Part shown: one piece after another, positions 7,893 to 20,100 of the stretch | Numbering within the stretch: the stretch's first letter is position 1 | How the letters are laid out: each line of letters opens with the position of its first letter | Assembly: GCA_044440125.1 (NCBI GenBank) | Contig: JBITAJ010000006.1 | Span: 1-64,000, forward strand | DNA length: 64,000 bases | DNA from: Sedimentisphaeraceae bacterium JB056 | GTDB taxonomy: Bacteria; Planctomycetota; Phycisphaerae; Sedimentisphaerales; Sedimentisphaeraceae | Direction: 5' to 3' | The notes under the pieces: model-generated | Databases searched by the model: none | Told to the model about the DNA's origin: nothing | Seen by the model: only the letters and a program-made list of their open reading frames with translations | Translations under genes and position numbers: made by a program

Positions 7893-10748
7893 ATGAAGAA
7901 GTTGACGGCAAAGTGGATATGGGATGGACGCAATAGCAAAGATACTTATAATCAGGCTATAGTTGCCAAGAGGGAATTCAAAGTCAAGTCTCCTGCTCAA
8001 GCTAAGATTCGTATTACAGCTGACAGTTTTTACCGGTTGTATATAAACGACCAGTGGATTTGCGATGGGCCTTCAAAGGTCTGGCCTGAGCACTACAAGT
8101 ATGATGATGTTGATATAACATCTTATCTAATTAACGGTGTTAATGAAGTAAAGGTTGTGGCCCGTTATTTTGGCTGCGGCACTTTCCATCAGGTTCCGGT
8201 ATGTGCCGGTCTACTTGCTCAGATAGATGTGAAGCTTAAAAATGGTAAAAAGACCTCCATTATAACAGATAAAAAATGGCAGGTGGCAAATGCTGCGTTT
8301 TTGATTTCCAATACTCCGAAGATCAGCATACAGATGGAGCCGGCTGAGTATTATGACGCAAGGCGGGATAATAAGCTGAAATTTGCTCCGGCAAAAGAGA
8401 TTTGTTCTGCTTTCAAAGGGCCGTGGCAGGATCTTAAGGCAAGGGATGTTGCAATGCTCACTATGGAGCCGGTGAATTTCAGTAAATTTCTTTCATCAAA
8501 TGAGATAGTCGACCCGTGGGATATTTGGTGCGTTTCTTTCCGGAAGCTGTTTTATCCGGGGCTGATTGATGCGAATCGTAACCTGCATACTCCGTTTGCG
8601 ATGGCAACGGTTATAAATGCGAAAAAGAGCTGCAGGTTCGAAGCAAAGGCAGTTACGGGTGCAAATGTCACTAAACAGGTATTTGTTGACGGCAAGGCAA
8701 ATAAAAGCGGCTGCTACAAATTAGAAAAAGGACGTCATACGCTTCTTTTCTTTGCTGGTGATGACCTTAGTCATTCAACCGAGCTTAGTGCTCTTGTTAA
8801 AAAGAATGCCGACATTGAGCTTGTGAACCCTTTCAAGATCGGCAGTGAAAATCCATGGTCGCTGGCAAAGTTCAATGAATTTGATTTTATAAAGGATGAT
8901 CTGAATTTCCATCATCTTGTTGAATCGGATCTTGAGTGCAAGGAGAAGTACGAAGGTTTTCAAGCCATTCGAAAAGAGGTTGTCAAGGCCGCAAAAAAAG
9001 AAGACGCTTTGATTGAAATGCTCAAGGTCAGGGTTAAAAATCTTTCGAGTAAGAAGATGTTCGACAAAGATGGACACCTCCGATTCATGAATGTAGAGCG
9101 GAAGGGCGAAGTTAAAGTTGATAATCCTCAGGCTCTTATTTATGACAATCCAGAAGTTACTGTTGTAAATCCCGGACAGGAAAGTATTGAGTTGGTTTAT
9201 GACCTTGGAATCCAGCGATGCGGTTACTACAATTTTGAGCTGTTAAGTGAGGCCGGCGTTGAAATCGATATCTACGGTGTTGAGTACATCACTCGTAAGG
9301 GCAGTATTCAGCATTCAATTGTGAATCGCAACGGTATGACCTATATAACGAAAGAGGGGCTTAATAAGTTTACCTCATTTAAACGCCGCAGTGGTCGTTA
9401 CATTTATATATCTTTGCGGAATATGACCAAGCCTGTGAAGATAAGAAAGTTCAATGTTATAGAATCTACTTATCCTGTAGAATACCGCGGCAACTTCAAC
9501 TGCAGTGATAAATCATTAAATGAAATATGGAATATCTCTGCTACGACACTTAAGCTTTGCATGGAGGACACTTTTACTGATTGTCCGCTTTATGAACAAA
9601 CGCTTTGGATTGGTGATGCCAGAAATGAATCATTATTTGCGTACCAGATATTTGGTGCAGAAGATATTGCAAGAAGCTGTATTGAAATCAATGCTCAGTC
9701 TCTGGAGCGTTATCCGATTGCCGGTTCGCAAGTTCCTTCAAGCTGGGATTGTCTGATACCTGCATGGAGTTTTCTGTGGGGTATTTCTGTATGGGAGCAT
9801 TACTGGTACACCGGTGATAAAGAGTGGCTCAAGTCAATGTGGCTGTATATGTTGAAAAATATTGATGGTGCGGCGGCAATGCTTGACGAAAACGGGCTGA
9901 TGAGTTGTGATTACTGGAACTTCTTCGACTGGGCGGATATTGATGCTGATCAGAAGGCTGTTGTCTATAACAATATGCTGCTTGTGGGGGCAGTTAATGC
10001 AGCTATAGAGGCTGGTGATGTAATTGGCGACAAAAAGCGAGTAGATGAGTTGAAGAAACTTAAGATTAAACTTTCTGCGGCAGTAAATAAGCTTTGGGAT
10101 TCAAAGAAACAGGCTTATCCTGACAGTGTTCATGCAGACGGCAAACCAAGTGATTCGATTTGCCAGCACACATCTTTCCTTGCCTATCTTTATGATATCT
10201 GCGAGAAAAGCAATGAGGCAGCCGCGGTAAAGAATATGGTGGAACCGCCTGAGGGTATGGTGAAAGTTGGTTCTCCGTTTGCTATCATGTATCTTTACGA
10301 GGCAATGGAGAAAGCCGGGTTTGTTGGCGAGATCATAAATTCTATTCGCGGCAATTACCAGCCTATGCTTGATGACGGTGCAACTACCGTATGGGAGAGT
10401 TTCCCTACAGGCAATCTGGCATTTCTTGATTCGGGCCAGAGCGATAGTTTTCCTACCAGAAGTCATTGCCATGCCTGGTCTTCGGCTCCGATATATTTTT
10501 TCAGCAGGATAATACTCGGTCTTACGCAGACCAAAGCGGGCGGAGCTGAATATACCGTCAGTCCCTGGGTTGAGGGATTGGATCATGCGAGCGGGAGTGT
10601 GGCAACGCATCTTGGCGATATCAAAATCGAATGGTCAAAGACTGGGGATAAATTGAATGTAAGTTATAAAGCTAATGCAGACATTAAGCTCAAGTTTGCT
10701 CGAAACAGTTCTATGAAAGGACTGAAGATTTCGAAAAAACGAATGTAA
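7893..10748 (+). CDS. Alpha-L-rhamnosidase-like glycoside hydrolase, family GH78
   Basis: ITADSFYRLYIN N-terminal domain, FTDCPLYEQTLWIGDAR, GATTVWE, SHCHAWSSAP; no obvious signal peptide. Confidence 0.85.
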   Translation: MKKLTAKWIWDGRNSKDTYNQAIVAKREFKVKSPAQAKIRITADSFYRLYINDQWICDGPSKVWPEHYKYDDVDITSYLINGVNEVKVVARYFGCGTFHQVPVCAGLLAQIDVKLKNGKKTSIITDKKWQVANAAFLISNTPKISIQMEPAEYYDARRDNKLKFAPAKEICSAFKGPWQDLKARDVAMLTMEPVNFSKFLSSNEIVDPWDIWCVSFRKLFYPGLIDANRNLHTPFAMATVINAKKSCRFEAKAVTGANVTKQVFVDGKANKSGCYKLEKGRHTLLFFAGDDLSHSTELSALVKKNADIELVNPFKIGSENPWSLAKFNEFDFIKDDLNFHHLVESDLECKEKYEGFQAIRKEVVKAAKKEDALIEMLKVRVKNLSSKKMFDKDGHLRFMNVERKGEVKVDNPQALIYDNPEVTVVNPGQESIELVYDLGIQRCGYYNFELLSEAGVEIDIYGVEYITRKGSIQHSIVNRNGMTYITKEGLNKFTSFKRRSGRYIYISLRNMTKPVKIRKFNVIESTYPVEYRGNFNCSDKSLNEIWNISATTLKLCMEDTFTDCPLYEQTLWIGDARNESLFAYQIFGAEDIARSCIEINAQSLERYPIAGSQVPSSWDCLIPAWSFLWGISVWEHYWYTGDKEWLKSMWLYMLKNIDGAAAMLDENGLMSCDYWNFFDWADIDADQKAVVYNNMLLVGAVNAAIEAGDVIGDKKRVDELKKLKIKLSAAVNKLWDSKKQAYPDSVHADGKPSDSICQHTSFLAYLYDICEKSNEAAAVKNMVEPPEGMVKVGSPFAIMYLYEAMEKAGFVGEIINSIRGNYQPMLDDGATTVWESFPTGNLAFLDSGQSDSFPTRSHCHAWSSAPIYFFSRIILGLTQTKAGGAEYTVSPWVEGLDHASGSVATHLGDIKIEWSKTGDKLNVSYKANADIKLKFARNSSMKGLKISKKRM

Positions 10749-10805
10749 AAACCTGTTGTTGGCCTGAAATTTAACAGATTTTAATGAATCTGTCCTTAGA
10801 TTGCG

Positions 10806-10848
10806 ATAAATGGCAACTTGAACCTGTTGAGTTGCCATTTATTTTTTG
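10806..10848 (+). terminator. Intrinsic terminator after the GH78 gene
   Basis: ATAAATGGCAACT...AGTTGCCATTTAT followed by TTTTT. Confidence 0.7.
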
Positions 10849-10973
10849 TTAATCTTGGATTATTAGGCTTGTCTTATGGCTCTTTGGGGATATTAATGCA
10901 CATTTTACACTGTTATTGCGTATAATGATTAGAGGCTTGTATTTGGTATTTTATAAAAGGAAGGAGATTTGAT

Positions 10974-12440
10974 ATGAAAAGTTTGGTAATTATAATTTCT
11001 GCTGCCATTATTCTTATTGCAGGCGGATGTTCCGATGTTAAGACTGTTATGGCAGATGAAGATTACGTTATTGAAGATTTTAAGGGAGATGATGGCCAGT
11101 GGGAATTCATAGCCGATGATGTAATGGGCGGTAAATCTACCGGAGAAATGGAGATGATCACGGATCATGAGGGGAGAAAGCTGCATATGAGCGGCAAACT
11201 TTCCCTTGAGAACAATGGCGGTTTCATTCAGGTTCGACGGCCTATTTCAACTGAGTCGAAGTATTTCGATGCTTCCGGCTTTAAAGGTGTGCGGCTTGAT
11301 ATAAAGGGGGATGGTCATGAATATGCCGTCCATCTTCGCAGCAGCTCCACATGGCTGCCCTGGCAGTATTATGAGGCTAAGTTTAAGACTACCGGCGAAT
11401 GGCAGACGGTTAAGTTGCCGTTTGAGGAATTTAAGCCTTATAGTCTTAAACGCGAGCTGAAAACCTCAAAGCTCAAAACAGTTGCCTTAGTGGCTATAAA
11501 AGAGAAGTTTGAACCAGATATTTACTTGAGGGAGGTCGCTATGTATACAGATGATAATATTAATTCCCCAGATTTCAGACGAAAACTTACCGAAGAAGAG
11601 AAACGTGTGATAATTGGCAAGGGTACGGAACGGCCGTTCAGCGGCAAATACAATATGCACTTTGAAGAAGGTGTGTATACCTGTCGTCAGTGTGGAGCAA
11701 AGCTCTTTGAGTCGGATTCCAAGTTCAAGTCTGAATGCGGATGGCCCAGCTTCGATGATGAGGTTCCCGGAGCCGTAAGAAAACAGATTGATGCTGACGG
11801 CAGAAGAACAGAAATACTCTGCGATAATTGCGGTGGGCATCTTGGTCATGTATTTTACGGTGAAGGTCTGACTGATAAGAATGTCAGATATTGTGTTAAT
11901 TCTGTCAGTCTTGATTTTGATGATCAGAAGGATAATGACCCCGCAGATGCTCCTGCTTATGAAAAGACTTATTTTGCAGGCGGCTGCTTTTGGGGTGTTG
12001 AGTATCATTTTGAGAAAATTGATGGAGTCATATCAGTAAAAAGCGGCTACATTGGCGGTGATGTAGAGAATCCAAGTTACAGGGAAGTATGCAGCGGCAA
12101 AACGGGGCATGCTGAGGCGGTTGAAGTGACTTTTGATCCTTCAAAAGTAAGTTTTGAGAAGTTGTGTAAACTGTTTTTTGAGATACATGATTTTACTCAG
12201 CTTAACAGGCAGGGGCCTGATGTAGGTGAGCAATACCGCTCTGAGATATTCTATACCGATTCCAAACAGCATGATACTGCTCTGAAACTGATCGGTATTC
12301 TTGAAGGAAAAGGATATGATGTTGAAACAAATCTAAGTGAAGCCAATACTTTTTATCCTGCAGAAGAATATCATCAGGATTATTATGAAAAGACTGGTAA
12401 AACTCCGTATTGTCATAGTTACAGAAAGATATTTGAATAG
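10974..12440 (+). CDS. msrAB: Predicted lipoprotein: CIA30-like domain fused to MsrB and MsrA
   Basis: Signal/lipobox ILIAGGC; CIA30-like [13 protein letters not shown]...[12 protein letters not shown]; MsrB with GTERPF, CRQC, CGWPSF, GHLGHVF, RYCVNS; MsrA with [23 protein letters not shown]. Confidence 0.9.
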   Translation: MKSLVIIISAAIILIAGGCSDVKTVMADEDYVIEDFKGDDGQWEFIADDVMGGKSTGEMEMITDHEGRKLHMSGKLSLENNGGFIQVRRPISTESKYFDASGFKGVRLDIKGDGHEYAVHLRSSSTWLPWQYYEAKFKTTGEWQTVKLPFEEFKPYSLKRELKTSKLKTVALVAIKEKFEPDIYLREVAMYTDDNINSPDFRRKLTEEEKRVIIGKGTERPFSGKYNMHFEEGVYTCRQCGAKLFESDSKFKSECGWPSFDDEVPGAVRKQIDADGRRTEILCDNCGGHLGHVFYGEGLTDKNVRYCVNSVSLDFDDQKDNDPADAPAYEKTYFAGGCFWGVEYHFEKIDGVISVKSGYIGGDVENPSYREVCSGKTGHAEAVEVTFDPSKVSFEKLCKLFFEIHDFTQLNRQGPDVGEQYRSEIFYTDSKQHDTALKLIGILEGKGYDVETNLSEANTFYPAEEYHQDYYEKTGKTPYCHSYRKIFE

Positions 12441-12545
12441 GTTTGTGTGTTTTTTACTATAAACTAAAATCAGGATTTTCCCCATTTAATCACGGTTTTA
12501 ACCTGTTACAATGTATTGTGATGATAGATGTGGATTTAATAAAGA

Positions 12546-12749
12546 ATGGAGGAAAAATTGAATTTTGTTAAAGAAAAAAAGGGAGCCAAAGAACATTTGT
12601 TGTGTCCCGTATGCTACAGACCAATGTTTGAGGCAGAGAAGTTAATCGAAAATGAATCTCTTTTTGTTTGGTACGAATGTCCGGATAAAGATTGCCATGG
12701 AGAGTGGCTTGAAAAGAAGGATTTGAGTGCAGCAAAACAAGGGGCTTGA
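12546..12749 (+). CDS. Small putative zinc-ribbon protein
   Basis: CPVC-x21-CPDKDC; followed by a hairpin and T-run near 12787-12835. Confidence 0.6.
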   Translation: MEEKLNFVKEKKGAKEHLLCPVCYRPMFEAEKLIENESLFVWYECPDKDCHGEWLEKKDLSAAKQGA

Positions 12750-12940
12750 TTTGTATTAGATGTAACTTCTTAATTGTAAAAGAATAAGCTGGGATTGAAG
12801 GGTTTTTTTGACCCATCTTCCCGGCTTTTTATTTATCTGTATTATGGGTTGTTTTAATATTATTGACAAATTCCTGCTTTTTTGTATTTTATGGGGACTT
12901 TTATTCTTGGAATCATTAAAAAAGGGAATTAATATCTAAT

Positions 12941-13915
12941 ATGTTAACGATAGGCAATATAAAGCTCAATCACCCAATCGTTCTGGCTCCTCTCAGCGGC
13001 TATACTGATATTGCTATGCGAAGATTGTGTCGCCATTATGGGGTTGAACTTACTTTTCCAGGTGTGATGCTGGCCAAGTCTGCTGCAAATCCGCGTGTGC
13101 TTTGTAAACCTTGTTTTCGTCCCGAGGGGAATGAGAGTCCAATAGGTGCGCAAATACTTGGTACAGAGGTCGAGTATATGGTTAAAGCTGCGCGTGATCT
13201 TGTTGATGCCGGATTTGATATGATTGATCTGAATTTTGCTTGTCCGGCTCCTAAGGTTTTGCGTCGCGGCAGAGGTGGACATATGCTTAATGATCCTGAT
13301 GCGGTATTAGAGATATTTTCACGTGTTAGAGAGGCTATAAGCTGTCCGATGAGCGTTAAATTACGCATAGGCTATGGTGACAGTGAACAGGCAAGAAATA
13401 ATTTTTTCGCTATAGCAGATGGGCTTGTAAAATCAGGTGTTGATGCTATCGTTGTTCATGGCCGTACAACTCTACAGAAATACTCGGGTAAATCTAATTG
13501 GGGGCCTATAAAACAGCTTAAGGAAATGTTTCCGGATACAACAATTATCGGAAGCGGTGACATATTTAATCCGCAAGATGTTGTTGACCGACTAAAAGAG
13601 ACAGGTGTTGACGGTATCCTTCTCGCTCGGGGTGTAGTGGGAAATCCGTGGTTGATATCAGAAGCGATTGCCTTACTGGAGGGCGGGGATCTTCCTGCGG
13701 CACCGACAGTTGAAGAAGTTGGGAAAGCAATGCTTTGGCATCTTGAGATGCTTTTCGATCGATATGATCCTGGAAAGGCTACAAGATACTTCCGTAAGTT
13801 TGCCGCTCAATATTGTCGTCGTCATCCTCAAAGGAAGAAGACTCAAATTTATTTGTTTGAAGCTAATGATGAGAAGCAAATAGTTCCAAGAATAAAAGAG
13901 TGTTTTGGTGTCTGA
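12941..13915 (+). CDS. dusB: tRNA-dihydrouridine synthase (DusB-like)
   Basis: LAPLSGYTD, DLNFACPAPKV, VKLRIG, VHGRT, GSGDI, ARGVVGNPW. Confidence 0.88.
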   Translation: MLTIGNIKLNHPIVLAPLSGYTDIAMRRLCRHYGVELTFPGVMLAKSAANPRVLCKPCFRPEGNESPIGAQILGTEVEYMVKAARDLVDAGFDMIDLNFACPAPKVLRRGRGGHMLNDPDAVLEIFSRVREAISCPMSVKLRIGYGDSEQARNNFFAIADGLVKSGVDAIVVHGRTTLQKYSGKSNWGPIKQLKEMFPDTTIIGSGDIFNPQDVVDRLKETGVDGILLARGVVGNPWLISEAIALLEGGDLPAAPTVEEVGKAMLWHLEMLFDRYDPGKATRYFRKFAAQYCRRHPQRKKTQIYLFEANDEKQIVPRIKECFGV

Positions 13916-14117
13916 TGAAAAGGGCATTTAGCTATTAAAAAGAAACATAGTTTTTCTGTGTGGCTTAAGTTGTTGCTATGAAAAGAGATAGCTAAGTGAA
14001 TTATCTCGCAGAAATTCATTGATATTGGTTGTAATAATATTTACAATACAGTAATAGGATTGTGTAATAACAAGCAGAGGTATTGTTGTTGTAAGTTTTG
14101 CAATTTTGGGGTAAAAA

Positions 14118-17100
14118 ATGAGAAGTATTTTAAAACAGACCCTGCATAATATCAGCGTTTTTGAAATAGTAACAAGATTCATTTTGTTATTCGTGGTGTT
14201 GGGCTTTTTCCAGACGGCTTACTGTGATGATATAAGTTTGGATCTGAATGAACAGCAACTCGACTGGCTTGCGGTTAATGACACGATAAACGTAGGAGTC
14301 AGCAGCTCTCTGCCGCCAATGAGCTTTTCCGATAAAGATGGTATTAACCGGGGCATAAATGTAGATATAATAGAGATAATCAACAGTAAGCTTGGCGGTA
14401 GGCTGAAGATTGTTTCCGGTCCCTGGCCCAAGATATATCAACAGGCCTCTGAGGGTAAACTTGATGCTTTGCTTGTGATGAATCAAAGTAAGGTAGATGC
14501 CAATAAATTTAGCTTTACCCAAAGCTATATTGATATCCCGCATGTCATTCTGGGGCGAGAACAAGATGTTATTTATGATTCTGTCGAATCTTTGAGCGGG
14601 AAAAAGGTAGCGGTTGAAAGTAATTATTATGATAAGGGCTCTTTGTCTTCAACCTATTCTGAAGTGAATTTCGTAGACTACGAGACTACTGGTGACGCAC
14701 TAAAAGCTGTTTTTGAAAATCAGGTTGATGCTTATGTTGGTAATTTGGCCACAGTTGAATATTTTATATTTAATAATCCTGTTTTTGATCATCTTAAAAT
14801 ACATTCAAAGGCTTCTTTTCTTTCTACTGAAAATGTTATAGCGGTTAATGAAAGCAACGCTATATTAAAGTCAATACTTGATCGTGCAATAGATTCGCTT
14901 GGAGAAGATCAGCGGCTGCAAATACTCTCTGCCTGGGGAGTTGTGGATAATATTGAAAATATCAAGTCTAATTGCCGCAGTTGGTTTCCTGCATCTAACA
15001 AACTTACTGTTTATGTTGACAGAAGGTTTTCGCATGGAAGTAAAAAAGACTCCGATAATCAGGCTAACTGTGTTTTCGGTATTCTTTCAAGTTTTACAAC
15101 TCAAATCAATTATGAGTTGGATTTGGTGCCTTTAGGTGCTGATGATCTCTTTGATAAAGCCCGTTCACTTAGTGAAAATGAAATCGCAATTCTTGCAAAT
15201 AATCTGGAAGATCCCGTTTATAAAGATATTTATGCCGTTCCTGGTTTTCTTAGCTATCTTTCTTTTTATGCTTTAAACTGGCAAAGTGTTAATTATGATT
15301 CGCTTGAATCACTGCGAAACAAAGTTATTGCCATTGATGATATTCGATATTTACCTAAGAGAGTTTATGATAAGCTTCTTTCTATTGACAGCAGTATTGT
15401 GGAAACTCACTCTATTGAGAAAGCAATAAATCTGGCTGAAGAAGGAAAAGTTGATGGTTATTTAGGTATAGATTCCTTCACCGACTGCATTCTTTTAGAA
15501 AATAGTGATCTGATGATAAGGAAATCTTTTGTCAGTTCACAATCTGTAACTTTGAAAATTGTTTTACCTTCCAGCTCTATACCGTATGCCTCAGATATAA
15601 CCAGTTCTATTTCTGGAATTATATCCATGCAGAGAAGAAGCAGGTTGAAGCAATGGTCTACGAATGGAATTCTTCGCAGTTGTCCTGCGCTTAATCAGGA
15701 TCAGCTTGAATGGGTTAAAAATAATCCCGTTATTAAAGTGCCTGCGGGATTCTTCAGACCACCTTTTACTATGGGAACAGAGCTTAATCCGGAAGGGTTG
15801 TCTTTTGACTATCTTGAACTTCTTACAAGACAAGCGGGAATTAAGGTAGAGTATGTTAAAGAACCCATATGGTTAGCTCAGCAAAATATGCTTGCTGATG
15901 GCGGTGTTGATCTGTTACCTTTTATAAGGCCGACTAATGAACGGTCGAAGTATGCATTGTTCACAGAGCCTTATGTTGAAGTTTCTTTAGGTCTTTTCGT
16001 CAATAAAAATGAATATGATGTTTCAGGGGGAATTGATGTTGCCGGTAAGAAAGTCGCAGTTCTAAGGGACACTAAATTAGAATATGATCTTAGTCGCAAA
16101 TGGACGAATGTTGAGATAGTTTCTGTTGCCGGAATTGAAGAAGCGGTCATAATGCTTTCTGTAGGTGATGTTGATGCCGGTATATTTGATTATGCCTCTG
16201 CGATGTGGGTTATAGAAAGAAATCGAGTCAAGAATGTTGCGGCAATAAACAGGATTGCCTCTCAGGAAGCTGATTCATACAAGATCACTATGGGTGTGCG
16301 TGATGAATTGGATGTCTTGAAGAACATAATTGATCTGTCATACAAATCATTGACAAAACGGGAAAAAGAGATAATTGAGTCTAACTGGATAGTATCAGAA
16401 TCTGCAGAAGTATTGCCTTACTGGTCTTCCATAAATGATATAAGCAGAACATCTGTACCGGTTTATACTGAATCCCAAGAACGTTGGATTAAAAAGAAAA
16501 AAGTTATACGTGTCGGTTCTAAAAATGACTGGCCTCCTTTCGATTTCCTTGAGAATAATGAAGCGGTTGGATTTGGTAATGATTATATAAGGCTTATTGC
16601 TGATAAAGCCGGCCTTGAGATTGAATTTGTTTACGGCTATAAATGGAGCACGCTTCTGGAGATGATTCGTAACCAGGAGATCGATATACTCCCCGCAGTA
16701 TGGGATACTCCTGAGCGTCGTGAATATATGAATTATCTTAACCCGTATCATTATAGCAAACATGCTGTTATCACTCCTAAGGATTCTTCTATAAAATATC
16801 TTGATGAGATGTCTGGGAAAACTCTGGGGCTTATTGAAGGTTTTGGCGTTAATCAGTATATTGAACAGGAATATCCTGATATCAATTTTGTGTACTTTCC
16901 TTCCCCGGTGGATCTTCTTATTGCGGTTGAAAATAATAATATTGATGCGGCAATTGAACAGGTTGAATTTTTCAATTATATGAAGAGTGTTAATGCTGTT
17001 AACAATACAAAAATATCATCAATATACAATAATGAAGGAAGGGGTCTTCAGACGCTGCACATAGGCTTGCGTAATGATGATCCTATGCTTTTTGAAGTTT

Positions 17101-20100
17101 TGCAGACAGCTTCCAATTCAGTAAGTTCTAATGATTTTGTGAAGTTAAAAAAGAAATGGCTTACAAGAATGAATGTTGCTGACTGCAGGTCTCTGTTGAC
17201 AATGGAAGAACAGAAATGGCTTGACGACCATAGTGTAATTGATGTTGGTTATGATTATGCTTTTCCGCCTCTTGAGTTTTATGAAAATGGCAGGCCGGTT
17301 GGTATAGCTGTTGACATACTTTCTATTTTAGGCGACTGTTTAGGTGTTGAATTTCGTTTCTGTGAGCCGCAAAGCTGGAAAAGTGTCACTGAGAAGCTCA
17401 AGTCAGGCGAGCTTGATATGTATTCTTGTGCAGCTATGACTCCTGAAAGAATGGAGTATGCAGAGTTTACCTCTCCTTATATATCAATACCCTGTGGTAT
17501 AGCTACGAGGACCGATGCATCTTTGTATGTCGGCGGTATAAATGAGTTGAAAGACAAAAGAGTTGCTGTGGTGGTTGGTTATGCACTGACAGAAAAGTTG
17601 GAAAATGATTGGCCCGATCTGAACTATCTTTATGTTGATAATTTTGAAGAAGGCTTGAAAGCAGTCAAAGACGGCAGAGCGTTTGCATTTGTAGGCAATA
17701 TGCTTGTTGCCGGTTACCTGATTCGAGAGAATTATTATACGGAAATACATTTTACAGGAGAAACACCTTATTCACTTGAACTTTGTATGGCTGCAGGTAA
17801 GCATATGCCAATGCTTCGAAGCATACTTCAGAAAAGTCTCGATTCAATATCTGATGAGAAGAAACAGAATATTATTGACAACTGGAGTGCGGTCAATATT
17901 CAACAGGGTGTAAGCCCTACGACCTTGATTGAAGTAGCAGTCGGTTTCTTAATTGTAATCGTTGTGTTTGTGTTGTGGAACCTGCGGCTTGCAAAGGAGA
18001 TTAAGGCGAGAAAGACTGCAGAGCAGAATAATATTGAAAGTGAAAGACGTTTTCGAGTTATATTTGAGAGATCCAAAGATGCTATCGTAATAATAGATCT
18101 TGCCGGTAGAATATTGAACTGCAATAAGGCGGCGTTAGGTCTCTTGGGATTTGAATCGAAGTATGACTCACAGAATTATAATATTGTCGATCTGTTCATT
18201 TTGAAAAAAGGCAAGACCAGAGAGCAGCTTCGTCCAAAAGTAGTAAATAGTCTGATGAGGATTTTCCAGGAGGGCGGCGGTCATTTTGAAGCGTTGAGAC
18301 AGAGAGTTGACGGTTCGCATTTTATGGCTGATATGGTGCTAAGTCCTCTGAGGTTGAGAGAGGGCCGTTATCTTTTGATATCCGTTCGTGACAGGACGGA
18401 AGAATACCGTATTAAGGAAGTGATGACCAGGACGCAGTTTGCTGTAGATAATGCTATTGATGAGATATACTTCCTTGACGAAGAGGGCAAATTTGTTTAT
18501 GCCAATGCCACTGCTTTGAAGAATTTTGGTTTTAATTCTGATGAGATAAAAGGTAAGACTATTTATGATATAAATCCGAAATTCAATAAACCTTTGTGGA
18601 CTAATAACTGGAAAGAATGTAAACAAAAAGGTGTTCTTAAGTTTGAGTCTGTACATATAAGAAGCAATGGAAGCGAGTATCCTGTTGAGGTCTGGCAGCA
18701 TCATATTGAAATTAATACGAATGAATTCATATGCTCTTTTGTACGTGATATCACTCAAAGAAATTTAATGGAAAGTCAGCTCAGGAACAGTGAACAGCGG
18801 ACAAGAGTTCTCTTTGATACAGTACAGACCGGTATTGTTCTTATTGATGCAGAGAATAGAAAAATAGTTGATGTAAATGATTCTGCGATAAAGATGTATG
18901 GTGGTGTTCGCAGTGAAGTTATAGGCAAGACTTGCGATCAGGTCTTGTGTCCTGCAGATATTGATAACTGTCCGATACTTGATAAAGGGCAAAAGCTTGA
19001 TAACAGCGAGCGTTTCCTGTTATGCAAAGACGGCTCACAAATACCTATACTGAAAACATGTTCGATTGTCAGACTCAGTGGCAAAGATTATGTGCTTGAG
19101 AGTTTTGTTGATATAACAAAACAAAAAGAGATGGAGCGGGAGATAGAGGAGGCCAGACAGTGGCTGCAGACAATAATAGATACTTCCGATGTACTTATAT
19201 TTGCGAAGGATAAGAGCGGCAGATATCTGCTGGCAAACAAGAAGTTTGAGGAAGTTGTCGGTGTGAAGAAAGAAGATATCATTGGTAAAGATGATACCGA
19301 TCTATTCAAGCCTGAGATGGCTCGAAGAATAATGAATGCCGACAGGGAAATTATAAAAAGCAAGGGGATGAAGATTGCAGAAGAGACTATGCTAAGCGCT
19401 GATGGTACAGTTCTCGACTTTATCTCTACTAAGGTTCCTCTTTACGATGATAACGGTAAGTTTTACGCGCTTGCAGGTCAGTCAACGGACATTACCTCTC
19501 TTAAAAATATGCAGAAGCAATTGCGTGAGGCCAAGGAAGCCGCTGAAGCTGCGAACAAGGCCAAGAGTGTATTCCTTGCCAATATGAGCCATGAAATCAG
19601 AACTCCAATGAATGCGATACTGGGTTATACTCAATTATTGTTGAAAGATTCGGAGCTTAGCGGCGATAACCGTGAATATGCAGAAGTCATAAGTCGAAGC
19701 GGTGAGCATCTGCTTGGGCTTATAAATGATATTCTTGATATGTCTAAGATCGAAGCCGGACGTGTTGCTCTCAATAAAGAAGTAGTTGATTTCTATGGCA
19801 TTATTGAAGACATAGAGAGTATGTTCAGGGTTCGTACCAATGATAAAGGGCTTGACTTTGTTGTCAATTTCAAAGGTAAGGTTCCGCGATTTATTGAAGC
19901 TGACAGTGGAAAGCTTCGTCAGGTAATGATCAATATTCTTGGTAACGCCGTGAAATTTACGGAGTATGGAAGTATCGTAGTTACCATAGGAGACTGCAAA
20001 AGGGTTAATAAAGATAAAGACGTCAGATTGTATGTTCAGATAGCGGATTCTGGGCCGGGAATTGCCAATGAAGAGATGAACAAAGTATTTGAAGTGTTCG

